Assembly (NCBI GenBank): GCA_964035545.1
Contig: OZ037768.1
Location: forward strand, 23,531,319-23,595,318
DNA: 64,000 nucleotides
Source of the DNA: Bugula neritina
Lineage: Eukaryota; Animalia; Bryozoa
Reading direction: 5' to 3'
The notes beneath the pieces were generated by a model. That model was not told where the DNA came from. It saw only the letters and a program-made list of their open reading frames with translations, and did not search any database. Made by a program: the position numbers and the translations under genes. This document shows positions 52,201 through 64,000 of this stretch, one piece after another (the stretch's first letter is position 1; the number at the start of each line of letters is the position of its first letter).

Positions 52201-54401
52201 TATAAGGCCGCGGTCCAGAAGATCCCGGACTTGTCGGCTGACCTCCTTCTCCGGCCCCAGCCTGCGCGTGGGTTGCCGAATAGGGACTGTCCCTGCAGTC
52301 AGCGGTATTTCGTGTCTGACAGCTCTGGTCAGTCCCGCGCCATGATCTCCGCTGCTGAACACATCACCGTAGTCGCGTAGCAACTTCGCCATAGCCTGGC
52401 GTTCCTCATTGCTCGCACAGCCACCACAAGCTGTTTCCTATAACTCCTTGATGTGTGGTGGGACAGTCCCCCGACCCTTTGACGGGCGCCGAGGGGGGCT
52501 CTTCCGTCGCATTTCCCAGCGACGGGCCCACGTCTTCTTGGACAGAGTGGAACCGGCCCAGCATGGATCCAGCTGGTAGTTTTATGAACTCTGTGAAGGG
52601 GTTTACGCACTGCACCAAGATCTCTCCTCGCGCAGTCAACTGGTTCAAACTGCTATCGAGCTGGATTCTTTCGTGCCGCCTTCTACTACCCCGAGTCCAG
52701 AGATCCGGCTATTGTTCACCCTGCAGTGGATAGTAGCCCGGGAGTGGCCCGGTATAGTACAGTTCCGTACTACCTGCACGCCTCCCACTAGAAGGCGGCC
52801 GGACATCACCATTGCAGACTTGCTAAAGTCAATGTGACATCCGTGCCGTTTCAGAAACGGCATCCCGAGGATAGCGCCTTCTTTGAGCTGACTGACGATG
52901 AACGTCTCTTGGATAGCTTGATCTCGGACGCATCCCGTCAGCTCAATTATACCATAAAAGGGAATGCACGACCCGTCAGCCAGGGTGCCATACTCCTCCT
53001 CATACGGTTCCATCTCGCCCCTGACCCTAAGGCTGAGGGTATCGAAGAGTTGGCGACTTATGAGGTTCGTGGTACAGCCCGAATCAAGCAGGAAGGTAAC
53101 AGCTTTACCCGCTACTTTGCCGGGTAAGAAATAGCTATTTCCATGGGGCTGTACCGGTACTCTCTCTTCGTGCCGTGCTCTTGCAGGGAACACCTCCCTC
53201 GCTATAGGTCGGGAAGGCGGTCGTTTGGAACGGTGGTAGAGTGTCCTCAGAGGTGGGAAAGGCAAGTTTCCTGTCGCCTGTACTGGTTCCCATTCTGATT
53301 CTTGGGCCGGAAGCCCGTCGAATCGGTTGTGGAGTGGCATAGAGAAGGTAACAGCGGGGCGGGGCCCCTTACCTGTCCGCCGTGGTTGTCGCCACTCCTG
53401 GTTGTCAGCACGCAGTACCCGTCTGGGTGACCTACGTTTCCTCTTCCCTGGGGGATTCATCGTCAGCCCGCAGGAGGCGGGAACATCTGCGGGCCGCGGT
53501 AGTTTAACCCCGGAGCAAGAAGAGGTCAATACCTGCAGAAATGTCCTAGGTTTCCACATTCCCAGCAAAAACTGACTGCTTCCCGCGGTGGCGGCGCCGG
53601 CGCCCGCGGAGGCTTGTAGGCGGTACCTACTGGGGTTTGGTGTGTCAGTGCTGTTACCAGTTTAGCCAACATGTCGATCAGTTGGGCGACCTTCGGTGCG
53701 GCAGTTAACTGTCCCACAACAGCGGCTGCGGGAGGCGGAGCCTCCCAATCGACCGGAGCGTCTGTGGACTCTATCTCTACCTGGCCGGAGGCCTCGCGAT
53801 TTCTATGCATCTGGTTTGCCAGGAAATAATTTTCTATTTTTGCCAGAGCGCCTTCGACTGTGGTAACTCCCCTAGCTAGAAATTGATGGTGGAGTCCCAA
53901 GTCGTTGACGGATTGCACAAAGGCGTCAAAGGTATACCTCTCACAGTTAGCTTGGGGCAGATCACTATACGCAATCTGCGCCAGCTTCATCACCGTGGCG
54001 GCATGTTCTTGTAGCGGGGTGTGGGAATCACGCCGCAGCCTTTGTAGTCGGGCCCGGGCGTCTATGGCAGAGATGCCGAAACGGGCCCATAGAGAAGCAA
54101 AGATACTATCGATGTCTGGTCCTAACCCATAGGGCTTGGCCTTATCCATCAATGACATTCTGAGCTTCAGCAGGGCCACCCTGGGTTGCCCCTGGGCGAC
54201 ATCCATCACGTCGCTAAACTCTTATATGAATTGTTCCACTTCCTCTTCGCCCGTGAAGGTGGGTGCCTTTAACCGGTAACGGTCTTCGTTCAGCTCACTC
54301 GGAACTTTTCGCTCTTCTACTACTTGATTCACAGGAATAACATCATCTCTACGCTCACCTTCTACCGGCTGTGGGTGTGTTCCAGCATCCTCAGTCTCCA
54401 T
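49293..54401 (-). pseudogene. Gypsy gag-pol, broken by stops and frameshifts
   Basis: ORF track pieces 53526-54209, 52645-53568, 51871-52392, 51391-51852, 51276-51608, 49716-51260 and 49293-49703 form one gag-PR-RT-RH-IN series across frames. Confidence 0.9.
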
Positions 54402-54553
54402 CGTTGATGTGCACAGTATCCCACTGCTGCCACCACTGTTGTATTTTTATACTGTGGGTTGGTGTGCAATCAAGTGACTACTTGTTCAGTATGCTAGATC
54501 AACTTCGCCAGTGTGATTCTAGTTAATAATAATATATTTTACACAAATGATAC

Positions 54554-54958
54554 TGTAATGGATTTTAGTGGTGTAATTATTGTTAGTATTATATCGAAAG
54601 GGTCGACTCTATATTGTATGCTATTGTGGAGATCGACTACATCGACCTCCAGCGACTTGTAGCTATGGCACCACTAGTAACAACCAATCAGGACTGATAC
54701 ACTAATTGATAGCAGGTGGAGCTAGCTACTCGTAGTGGAAGCGCGCTGAGTAGCTAGCCAGGCAGAGCAGCTTGGGACTTCATTTAGAGTAGTTGTGTAT
54801 AAAGCTCACTAATTATGTAATCGTTTCAATTCATGTTAGCAGTAAGTAAAAATTCTTGCATCTTGTAATAAATAAACTTATCATAACGTAAGCAACCTGG
54901 TGTAGTAGCTTTGTTTAAGTCGACCCACATAATATAGTGAATTGCGAAATTCACTACA
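54554..54958. mobile_element. Solo LTR (about 405 bp) of another family nested in the Gypsy 5' LTR
   Basis: Inverted ends TGTAATGGATTT...AAATTCACTACA; ATAC target duplication at 54550-54553 and 54959-54962; segment absent from the other LTR. Confidence 0.85.
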
Positions 54959-56379
54959 ATACATCCACAAAAACAACAGTTATCAGACTACATTCAACTA
55001 TTCGATACAGTCTATACAGTTCACCAGACTAAGCCTAACTAACTACAACGCGGGAAGCTGTAACTACTAAAAACTGTCAGTAATTCTGATTGGTGGTCTG
55101 CTGTTCCGGGTCATCATAATGACCCCGTACTGCTCTCGTTATTACGATCGTAGCTCCACGAGCCACCACACCATTAGTTATTCTATCGCAAGTCTATGTT
55201 GTTGTCTGTACTAAAATTAAAAATAAATGAAGTGACGTGAAGCAATTGAAATTGTAATAAAAGAGGATGCTGCAAGCATATTGATCGTTGCTGTAAGTTA
55301 TTGTATTAAATTTATATCGTTTTCAGTTGAACTTGATGTTAACAATTAGTTATCAATTGCAATAACTTAAAGAGTTGAACTAAAACAATATGAATAACAT
55401 TATGATTATCATTATTCATTATGACATTATCATTAACAATAACTGATTAAGTTAAAGTTTGTAATAGTATTATAATTCTACTTGAAGTTCACTAAAATAT
55501 CTTTATTTGGAAAGCACAACTGATCACTACGAACACATATCTAAAACTGACAATATGAATATATACAAACAACAAAGATAAAGAGATTTAGAACACAAAG
55601 GAAAAAAGCACAACTATAATAATATTTATAAAACAGGTTACATAACTGCATGCACATGCACATTACAAAATTTAATGATTATCTTTACAGTTTACACTTA
55701 CAGATTATGATTAACATAGCTCTAAGTCTATCGCTATGACTATCAGTATCATACTCATAGTAAGTCTAATAGTAATACTCATAGACTCGTAGTCATACTC
55801 ATACTTTAAGTTTATAGACTTAAAGTTAAAGTTCTAAGTTTAAGTTAAGCAATTATTATATTTACAACCATAATCATACTGATAATCATATGACTATGTC
55901 TAGTAAAAATATTTTTCAAAGGATAAATCAATTTATTATTTAATAAGTAATAATTATATTTCCTCAGATTGAAAAACAAAAATTGTCACTTTAAATTTGA
56001 TTTTCATTTTTGTTGCAAGTATCATCGTCATTTAATTTTATGTTCATCATTAGACCGTCTGACTAAGAATTAGTACATCACTATCAATATCATGATAACT
56101 ATGATAATGTTTATAGTTATGAAACTGTGGGTCTAATTTTAATGCTGATTTAGATTGATAATGTGATATCATTCACTAACAGTAACTCTAGGTCTACTCG
56201 ACTATGGTTATCAGCATCAATGTTTTTTGGGTTTGGAATACTATACCCATTACTTCTACTAATTGGAATTCAGATTCATTCATTATGAACTGTTACATTG
56301 CCTAATGGAATGCTTCTGTGGTTAGTGGTGGAGATATGCTGATACAATTTTGAATTGGTTTCATGGCAATATTCATGTA

Positions 56380-56930
56380 CCCTGTGTGATAGGCGACGTC
56401 CAGTTTCGTCTACATATGCTTATTGACATGAAGCTTCAGGGCAGGTTATTTTGTAAACTAGGTTTTGTAGGTGTTCTTTACTGGTTTTGTTTTTGAGATT
56501 AAAGGGGGTTCCTTTGAATAAAATTCGTGCGTTGAGCTCATTTGGCAGTGAGTCTGCAATTAATTTGTGGAGGGAATGAAATAGTTTTTCTCCTGTTACT
56601 CCTTTATAAGGTAGTTGAAGTAAAATGTGTTTCCTGGTGTCTTTTTCACTAAGTAGTCCGTCACTAATGTTGTTAATAGTTTTTCTATTACATATTTAAG
56701 GTAACCTTTTTATGTTCAAAAACATTTCGAATATATTTTAGTTCTTGGGTCTTAAGTGCTGGAGTAGAACAGATTTTATTAGCCCTTAATACTAGCGATT
56801 TCAGTGTGCTTAGCTTCCACATTTTAAGTGAGAAAGAGTTCCAATGCAAATATGTATCATTATGATGTGCTGGCTTACGGAATACTGTGGTTTCCACTGA
56901 GCTATTGTGTCACAAAACTGTAACATCCAA
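56380..56930 (-). mobile_element. Degraded Penelope-like element fragment (RT thumb region)
   Basis: ETTVFRKPAHHNDTYLHWNS...LKSLVLRANKICS matches the PLE RT C-terminal pattern (T-V-Y-R-K-P-T...Y-L-H-W-x-S). Confidence 0.7.
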
Positions 56931-57006
56931 AAAAGAAATATATATATACATAATGTAGTGCTTTCAGATTGTTGAAGATATATATTTTTTATTATAAAAA
57001 AATCTC

Positions 57007-57051
57007 ACACGACTAAATAGTTTCGTACAGTGAACTGCACTCGTCAGGTGT
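57007..57051 (-). ncRNA. Minimal type I hammerhead ribozyme at the 3' end of a Penelope-like element
   Basis: Minus strand: ACAC-CUGACGA-GUGCAG-UUCA-CUGUAC-GAAA-CUA-UU-UAG-UC^GUGU. All core nucleotides, stems I-III and a GUC cleavage triplet are present. Confidence 0.88.
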
Positions 57052-57936
57052 CAGACTAAAAATAAATAAAATAAATAAATACAATCTATAAGGCATTCCG
57101 ATTATAAAAGGATTAGACTATGAAAGCTAGTTATTCAATGGAAAAAGCTAATTTATACTAGGTAATAAGTGCTTGTATTGTTATGTAATGTTGCCCAAGT
57201 GGTGCTTTCGTGCATGTCTGCATGTGGATAAAATCTCATTTCTGTTAAGGGAAGATTTTTGGGCTGGTATACTATGAAATACTTTTCCAATCGGCAGAGG
57301 TTGCGCTTTTTAGTAACTTTGTTGTATGAGTTGGTCTTTTTCATAATTTTCCATGTTATGTTAAAATTAGTGTTCGTTTTTTAATTCTCAGATGTATTTG
57401 CTCAATTCAGTATGGTTCTTCTTTGTTTTGTTGTTAACAGTTGATTTGTGGTTATATAATATGGTTTTTAATTCTGTTTCTGATGTTCCCACGTAGGTTT
57501 GGGGTTGGTTGCCATCTTTGGTTGTAACTGTAGCTTGGTATATGATGCACTTTGTGAGGCATTTTCTATCTATGGGGCACACTGTGTTGCTTCTGCAGTT
57601 CCATTCTTGATGGGGTTGGATTTCTGGGTTGAGTAATCTTTAATTGTGGCTGTTGATTATGTTGTTTAAATTTCTGCAGCAACTGTAACTGAGTTTAATG
57701 TTGTTTTTGTTGAAAATTTTTTTAGAGTTTGTGACCTCTGGGTATTTCTTCCTCCAGGATTCTAAAAAGTTGCTTTCCCAGGTTACTTGTTACACTTTTG
57801 GAAAATGGGGAGTTATACCATGTGATATTTCGTCTTCTTCCTTTTTTTGGTCTGCTAGTCAACATAATCAACAGCCACAATAAAAGATTACTCAACCCAG
57901 AAATCCAACCTCCTCGAGAATGCAACTGCAGAAGCA
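57007..57936 (-). mobile_element. 5'-truncated Penelope-like element (linker plus GIY-YIG-type endonuclease) with an inverted 5' segment
   Basis: RRRNITWYNSPFSKSVTSNLGKQLF; CPIDRKCLTKCIIYQATV...YVGTSE; CRLEKYFI. 57859-57936 is an inverted copy of ~57588-57664. Confidence 0.8.
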
Positions 57937-57949
57937 CTGTTGCAGCCAG

Positions 57950-59860
57950 CCCTTGGAAATCCAGCTTTCCAGCTCAGCATAATAGCGCTCATGCATCAAG
58001 GGCGCTTGAGTGCACTTATACTCAGTTACATGAGTTTGCAAGCCTCTTAGAATTTCGCTGGACCATCGCCAACTCACAGTCCACCGGCCCTTGAAAAACT
58101 TTGCCACAAAGTCAGGGTCCTACACTTGCAGTGTCTCCTGATCACTGTTACGCCTGGCAATGACCGCATCGCCCGCAACATATGCCAACCTTCGGTCTGT
58201 ATTCACTTGCCGGGGAGAATCACAGCACCCTGCTGAACTAAGCGCACCCCAGACAACCGAATAGCTCGAGCTAGGCAACCTTTTGGCTGTGACCCCTCCT
58301 ATGTGATCAATTACGTCTCCCCCAAGGAGACAGTCAACACCAAGGTTGCCCAGCTTACTCATAACCAGCCCAGTGACACTAAAACAGTGCCTCTGCAGCC
58401 CTACCAAAATGCGGCTCAAGCCACTCACATGAGAAGCACTTACATCCGCTGTCAAAAGCGGCCTACTTAGCCGCAGGCCTATTCCCACCTCTACCCGCGG
58501 ACTGACCAAAGCTCGCTCGCTTCCAGTATCAACCAACACAAACATTGACCATTCAAAACAGCCAGGACAACTGGCATTCAACCTGATGTTAATTTAACAC
58601 CAGGTGCCCTCGACAGGTCCAACCTGCCACACGGCACACACGCACCGCTCAGCAACTCTCTCTTGGGAAAAAGCTGCCACTTTCGGTAGGTCTGGCCTAC
58701 TCGATCTCCATCAGAAGAGGTGCGTCGCCCCGGTCTGCACCTCCCACCAGAAAATCTTGCGCACTGACAGCTGCAGTTGCCTGCAGGCAGCTACTGATAT
58801 AGTGCTCGATGCTTCCACACCGAAAACACCCGGACTTCCTGGGTCCCCTCGTACTAGGTGCCTTACGTTTCTAGGTGCAGTCCTTCACTTTGTGAGGACC
58901 ACCACACCAATATCAAGCATTGCTATCCAGCTGCTGCTTCCCAGAAGCCGTCGCAGCAACCACACCCTGGCCTACTTTGCTACGGCTGGCCACTGCTCTC
59001 CGCGAGACCACCTTGTCTCGCACCCGTGCCAGCACTGACCCAAAATCGGCCGTGTAGGCATGGTCGTGAGTCACTGCCCACTCGTGAATCGCGGGCGGCA
59101 AGCCTTCATAGCACTGAGCTCGAAAGCCCAGGTCATTGCAGGACATGCAAGACATGCCGAACCTGCGGCCGAACCGCTCCAGGCAGTCCAAGAAGGTGTC
59201 AATGGTGTCACCTTCTTCCATCTTACTCGACAAAAACTTGCGCCATGCCTCCTGCCTGGGCATGGCATACTCGGCCCAAAGCGCCTCCTTCACGACGTCC
59301 CACTGGGACGCCTCCCCCATCATCATTCTGCTGTACACGCGAGCAGCATTGCCTCACAGCATTTAGGCTACACCAGGAGATCCGTCGAAGAAATATTCTC
59401 CACACGACGGTACCCCTCGTACTTTGCCAGCCACTCCGAGATGTCTTCGCTTCCATCTCCGGTGAAGGGATTCGCCAACTGACGAATCCTGGTGAGAATC
59501 GGCTCCCTTGGCCTGGTTTAGCATAGTAGCTAATATTTTAACGTCCACAAGGACCGGCACAGTCTCAGCTGCCGAGGTTGGAGGCACAGCTACGCTAGCT
59601 GCGCTGTCAGCCTTCAAACTCTGAGCCACGCTTCCAGAGTCCACATGTCTTTCTCCAGGCTTGGACATCTTGAACTAATCGCAAAAACTGCCGAAATAGC
59701 TTGTTATCTAATTATAATAGACGGCAGCTCCAAGCTGCCTCCGTGACCTACCACCCCTGCGTCACACCAAGCGCCACTTCGACTTGCCCCACGCAAGCCA
59801 ACACAATTTGGCTCCCCAAACTGCCAAGCAGTACACACTGACGACTACACTAGTAGCCCC
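57950..59860 (-). mobile_element. Second, truncated LTR-retrotransposon relic (gag plus aspartic protease)
   Basis: gag-like WDVVKEALWAEYAMPRQEAWRKF...FLDCLERF; protease VLVDTGSERALV...CLLGGD; no RT or integrase seen. Confidence 0.7.
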
Positions 59861-60658
59861 CTACCAGTAACACTTTACTGGTAGGCAACTAAACTTAAAA
59901 CTATAAATAAGAAACTGAAAGACTAACAATAACTAGACTATTAATATACACAAAGAAATAACTACCTACTGATAATACTAATTAAATATAACAATATAAG
60001 TATTCTAATAATAGTTATAGTTCAATGCTCAGACATTTATAAAAATGACTGATATTTTACATTACGGCGTACGATACGGCAATGTGTGAACAGGGGGTAA
60101 GAGATTGAGGACTATTATAATATAATATTGATTATTAGTTGATTATACAGATAATGTTATTGTTATCTCAAAACCCAAATTATATCACCAAAATACAGAC
60201 TATGAGTATGTCGACCAAGTTAAATTTAATAAATATTGAATTTAATGACTCGTGCTTAAGAACTAGAAGCTTTAAACTTACACAGTAACATTTATTATGA
60301 TAGTAGGACTAAGAGAAAGTTTTTCAGCCTCAGACTTATTTAACTCTAACATGTATAAGATTAGTGAAAGCTAAAGTTGAGAAGTACCTGCCGATTCAAT
60401 TTGATTTATTATATGCCGTTCATGTTGTTAAAGTTTTTGTTTAGGTTATTTAATTTTATTTCATATTCATTTGACATTGAATAAATAAATTATTGGTTTA
60501 GGAAGCTGATTGTAAAATATTTGTAGGGTCATTAAAAATTCTGAAACAACATATGTTGTATATGGAAAATAGTCGATGATTTGAAGATTTCAATTTGTAT
60601 TTGTTAGAAGCCTATTTTAAAGTTACTTTTTGCAGACTACCTCAAGTCCGTCTGTGAA

Positions 60659-63600
60659 ATGGGCAACAATAACAGTAAAAACACGCTAGGACATGGTTTG
60701 TAATACTGAAAATACATCATTATTGTTATTCTTTTAAAAGTCATTTGGCATCAATATTATTATTTATTTGAAAGATCATTTTTAGGCATAAATACTAATA
60801 CTTCATTTACAAAATTAGCTTAAGAGTGTTTTGTAATTGAAATCCGTTGTTACTCATTATAATTTAAAAAAGGTTATGTTTGACAATTGTACATGTCCAG
60901 TGTTGATATCTAAGTCAGCGAATTCTCAAAATGTAGTTCACTAAGGATTGTTGTTTCTCAAATGAAAACGTTTACTTGTAACAAATATGCAATTTAACTT
61001 AAGAATTAAATTAAAATGTAGCTTTGTCTCCTTTTTTGCAGAATTGAGATATAAAATTTGGTTCAGGCACTCTGGGGAGGAAGAAATGAACAAAATAGGA
61101 TTTACTGGGAGATGGATGTTGCAGTCTGCACCTGTGACTGATTACTCTAAGATAGATGTTGGAGAACATTACATCACACATATGTACATAGAATCAACAC
61201 AGGTTATGCCTCCTTTAGATGTTGTTGCTCCACGACTCACTCATCTCACCTTGTCTTTTCTATCTCCAGACCATGATTTAAGCTGGTAGGCCTAGAGCCT
61301 TATTTATATGTAAACAAATCTGAAAAAATGGTTTCAACTGTTTATTCATTGTAGCTTTTACCCGTCCCTATTGTGTATTGTTTATGTTTACAGTTTGAGC
61401 CGTCTACATTATTTGCGAGTTTTGAAATGCAAGAATTTTTCGGCATCGTTGAAGAAACTGCCTCCTGAAATATACAAAATCCGGTCTCTTGAAGAGTTTA
61501 GATTTGGCTCCAACCATTTAGATTTGTTTCAAAATGGGTAAATAATATATAAATCGCTAAGTTGATGTTTTTAATAATTTTGTTTGTTTGAAAATACATT
61601 GATTAGATCATCTATTCTTTTATAGAACAGAAGAGTATCAACAGTGGGTGACTTTGCCAATGGGCAGAAGCTATTTAAAAACTTTACCTTCTAACATTGG
61701 CAAGCTAACATCTTTAAAGAAATTGGTCATTGAAGCACCAAGTATTAAAACTTTACCAAAAAGGTTGCATTTTTATAGTGCTCCATTATCGACTGAATTT
61801 ATGCAATTTTTTTGTCAAATCAAGTGTTAAGTGTTGGATTTGAGAAAATAAAATGGTTTCATTTTTATTTTTGTCTAGTTTTAAAGGTTTGAAGAATCTG
61901 AAGACTTTGCAGTTTAAAGGTTTAAATTTTTCTTGTGGTTTCCCATGTCCGATAACATTTGTGTCTCTAAAGGAATTACATTTTGACTCGTGCCGGTTCC
62001 CTCAGCCACCAGATGGGTAAGGAAATGTTTCAGTAGATATGATGTTGCTCGTGTAGCAGCTTTTGCTATACTGGTAGCTCCTTTAACTCATTTACTTCAG
62101 TCTGACTACAGTACTGTAATTGTATATAATGCATCTCTACTATCTCAAAGTACCTGTTTATGTTTTATCTGGTTCCTGACCCTCAGGTTTAGCAGCAATT
62201 GACAGAGTAATAATTCTACACTATTCAGTGGTACTCTAAATGATAAATATGATAATAATTATAGGAGAGTGTGTCAATCTGTGAAATAGCTAAGTTCACT
62301 CTTTAATTAACCCAAGTATATAACTTTCTTCATAAATAATGCAACCGTATTATTGACCCATCGTGTGGAATTACTCAATCATCAAAGCCAGTAGTCAATA
62401 AAAACCTTTTCACATCCAAAGCTAAGCAACCAGCTAGCACATTTTATCTATTCATTTGATTGAGGCTTTTCATGGAGTAAGTTAAAATTTAATTACTTTC
62501 CACATGTTTGGATTCATATTCAAAAGAAGAATTTATCATAAATGCATGTTTTAATTTATATTAGATTACAAACCTGACAGTGTTGGCTGTTATAAACATT
62601 TTGCAACTTTCACAAGACTCCTTCCTAAATGCTGATTTGACTGTCAACCAGTGAATGATCTACCTGAACAGAAAGTCAAACTGGTTCTAATCTTAATTCT
62701 TTTTTTTTCAGCAATAGCTCAATTTAAACAATAAATTTAGCTGTTTTAGTCGCTTAGAAATTTCATACTGTTTTCAGCTGATCAAAACACAACCATGGTT
62801 AGTTGAAGTTTCAATTTGATTTTATAAGAATAAGTTTATTTATAATTGCGAAAAGTCAATAAATAGTGTATTGAAGAGCCGTCAATGCAGTGACTGTAAC
62901 CAGAGATAACTTCTGGCCGTGTCTTCTGCAGTTCTGAGCCCCAGTTGCCAAAGGAGATTTCCATGCTGACTGGCCTCACTTCACTGAGTCTCATTTACTG
63001 CAATGTTGGCAGTCTACCTGAGAGGTATGTATACGTGAGAGATTAGTCTAACAACAAGGTTTTTGTAATTGAATTTGTTTTATAATTTTTATCTAATAAG
63101 AGGTGTGGGTGACATTTAACAATCGGAATAATAGCTTCACCATTGTTGATAATCCGCATAATAAATTTCCATTAACAGCTTATTAGAACAAATTCAATAT
63201 GACTTCAGTTTCTTGGCAACTTATATCTCAAATTCAAAGTTTTAGGGATACTGAGTTTTAGAATTGTAGTGAAATTTTACGATAATAGTTTAGCGTGTGT
63301 TTTACCTAGAGTTGTCTTTTCAAATTTTATACTTATTTTCATAATAGCTTTATGATTTATGATCATATAAATCGATCCCGGCTGAAAATCAGAACATATT
63401 CCGATGTCTGTAAGCGCGACAATTTATCGGAATGACCGACAATTTGTTGGTGTGTTCGACTTTCGAATGTGACCGATAGAAGTTTCCAGAAGGGTTTTTG
63501 TCCCTGTATATAAAGAGGTGAGCTCACAGAGTAGATCAGTCTACCACTGGAGCTTGCAGGGTACAGACCTACCTATACACACTACTTTTCATACTACAAT

Positions 63601-63878
63601 AAAGATTCTTCTCTCAAGACTACAACTCTACCTGGTTTCTTCTATATTGGAGTTATGCTCCCCACTTAATTTCATTCTACCCACAAAACTACTACAGTAT
63701 TTAACCATTCAATCAACTTTTTGAAACTATTTTGTAGCGCAAGAGCTTTACAGAATCTGGAAGTGTTAGAGATTACTACGGATGATTTCTTTGCAAAATT
63801 TTCACCCGTGATATCAGAATTAAAGGCTTTGAAAGAATTAGACCTGGTAGCTCATGGAATATCCTCTCTTCCCATGAG
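60659..63878 (+). CDS. Roco-caspase paralogue, copy 2 (N-terminus and LRR exons; runs off the window end)
   Basis: MGNNNSKNTLGH. Exons 60659-60695, 61042-61285, 61394-61537, 61626-61763, 61879-62016, 62932-63024 and 63738-63878 have the same sizes and phases as copy 1 exons 1-7 and all are open. The Roc and caspase parts lie outside the window, so the fusion is inferred for this copy. Confidence 0.85.
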
Positions 63879-64000
63879 GTAGTAACCTGATTAAAAAAGT
63901 CCTGCTTTAACTTTTATAAGATACTAACAGGACTTTAAATATCAGATTAGCCCATTGGTTTGATTTATCTGTAAAAAATTTTTGAATTACATAACTAAAT

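Larger units (their letters stand above)
47290..55170 (-). mobile_element. Ty3/Gypsy LTR retrotransposon (frameshifted), with an extra 3' ORF
   Basis: LTRs 47290-47629 and 54437-55170 (TG...CA). PBS TGGTGGCAGCAGTGGGAT at 54435-54418 (tRNA-Leu type). Purine-rich tract next to 47630. gag from ~54401 with a CWECGNLGHFC knuckle, protease LLDSGC, RT YLDD, RNase H ILDTDAS, integrase HKQAH..CEIC / VDLVGP, GPY module. The order PR-RT-RH-IN is Gypsy. Confidence 0.95.

Noticed and set aside
50320-54132. Plus-strand ORFs across the Gypsy element (and at 58604-59526)
   Set aside because: Antisense shadows of GC-richer gag-pol sequence with no motifs.
63243-63690. Insertion in copy 2 intron 6 relative to copy 1
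   Set aside because: Probably a repeat fragment, but I could not define TIRs or a TSD, so it is not annotated.

Overview
AT-rich, intron-rich animal (invertebrate-like) genomic DNA; the species cannot be fixed from sequence alone. The left half (1-37 kb) holds spliced housekeeping genes: an uncharacterised minus-strand gene with an RFX X-box promoter, a three-repeat B-Myb-like gene head-to-head with a Ras gene, and ICA1/ICA69 head-to-head with YdjC. Many of their introns carry private minisatellites. The right half (38-64 kb) is the interesting part. A complete 16-exon gene (38908-46826, about 1448 aa by my splicing) encodes an N-myristoylation motif, LRRs, a Roc GTPase, COR, an acidic linker and a caspase with its His/Cys dyad intact. 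A tandem paralogue starts at 60659 and its LRR surface residues have diverged. This looks like a single-chain, GTPase-gated, LRR-sensing caspase and a candidate diversifying innate-immune/cell-death receptor family. Between the two copies lies a nest of retroelements: a Ty3/Gypsy with an extra Zn-finger/coiled-coil ORF, a nested solo LTR, Penelope-like fragments with a hammerhead ribozyme, and a second gag-pro relic. All exon structures were read by hand and need RNA-seq confirmation.
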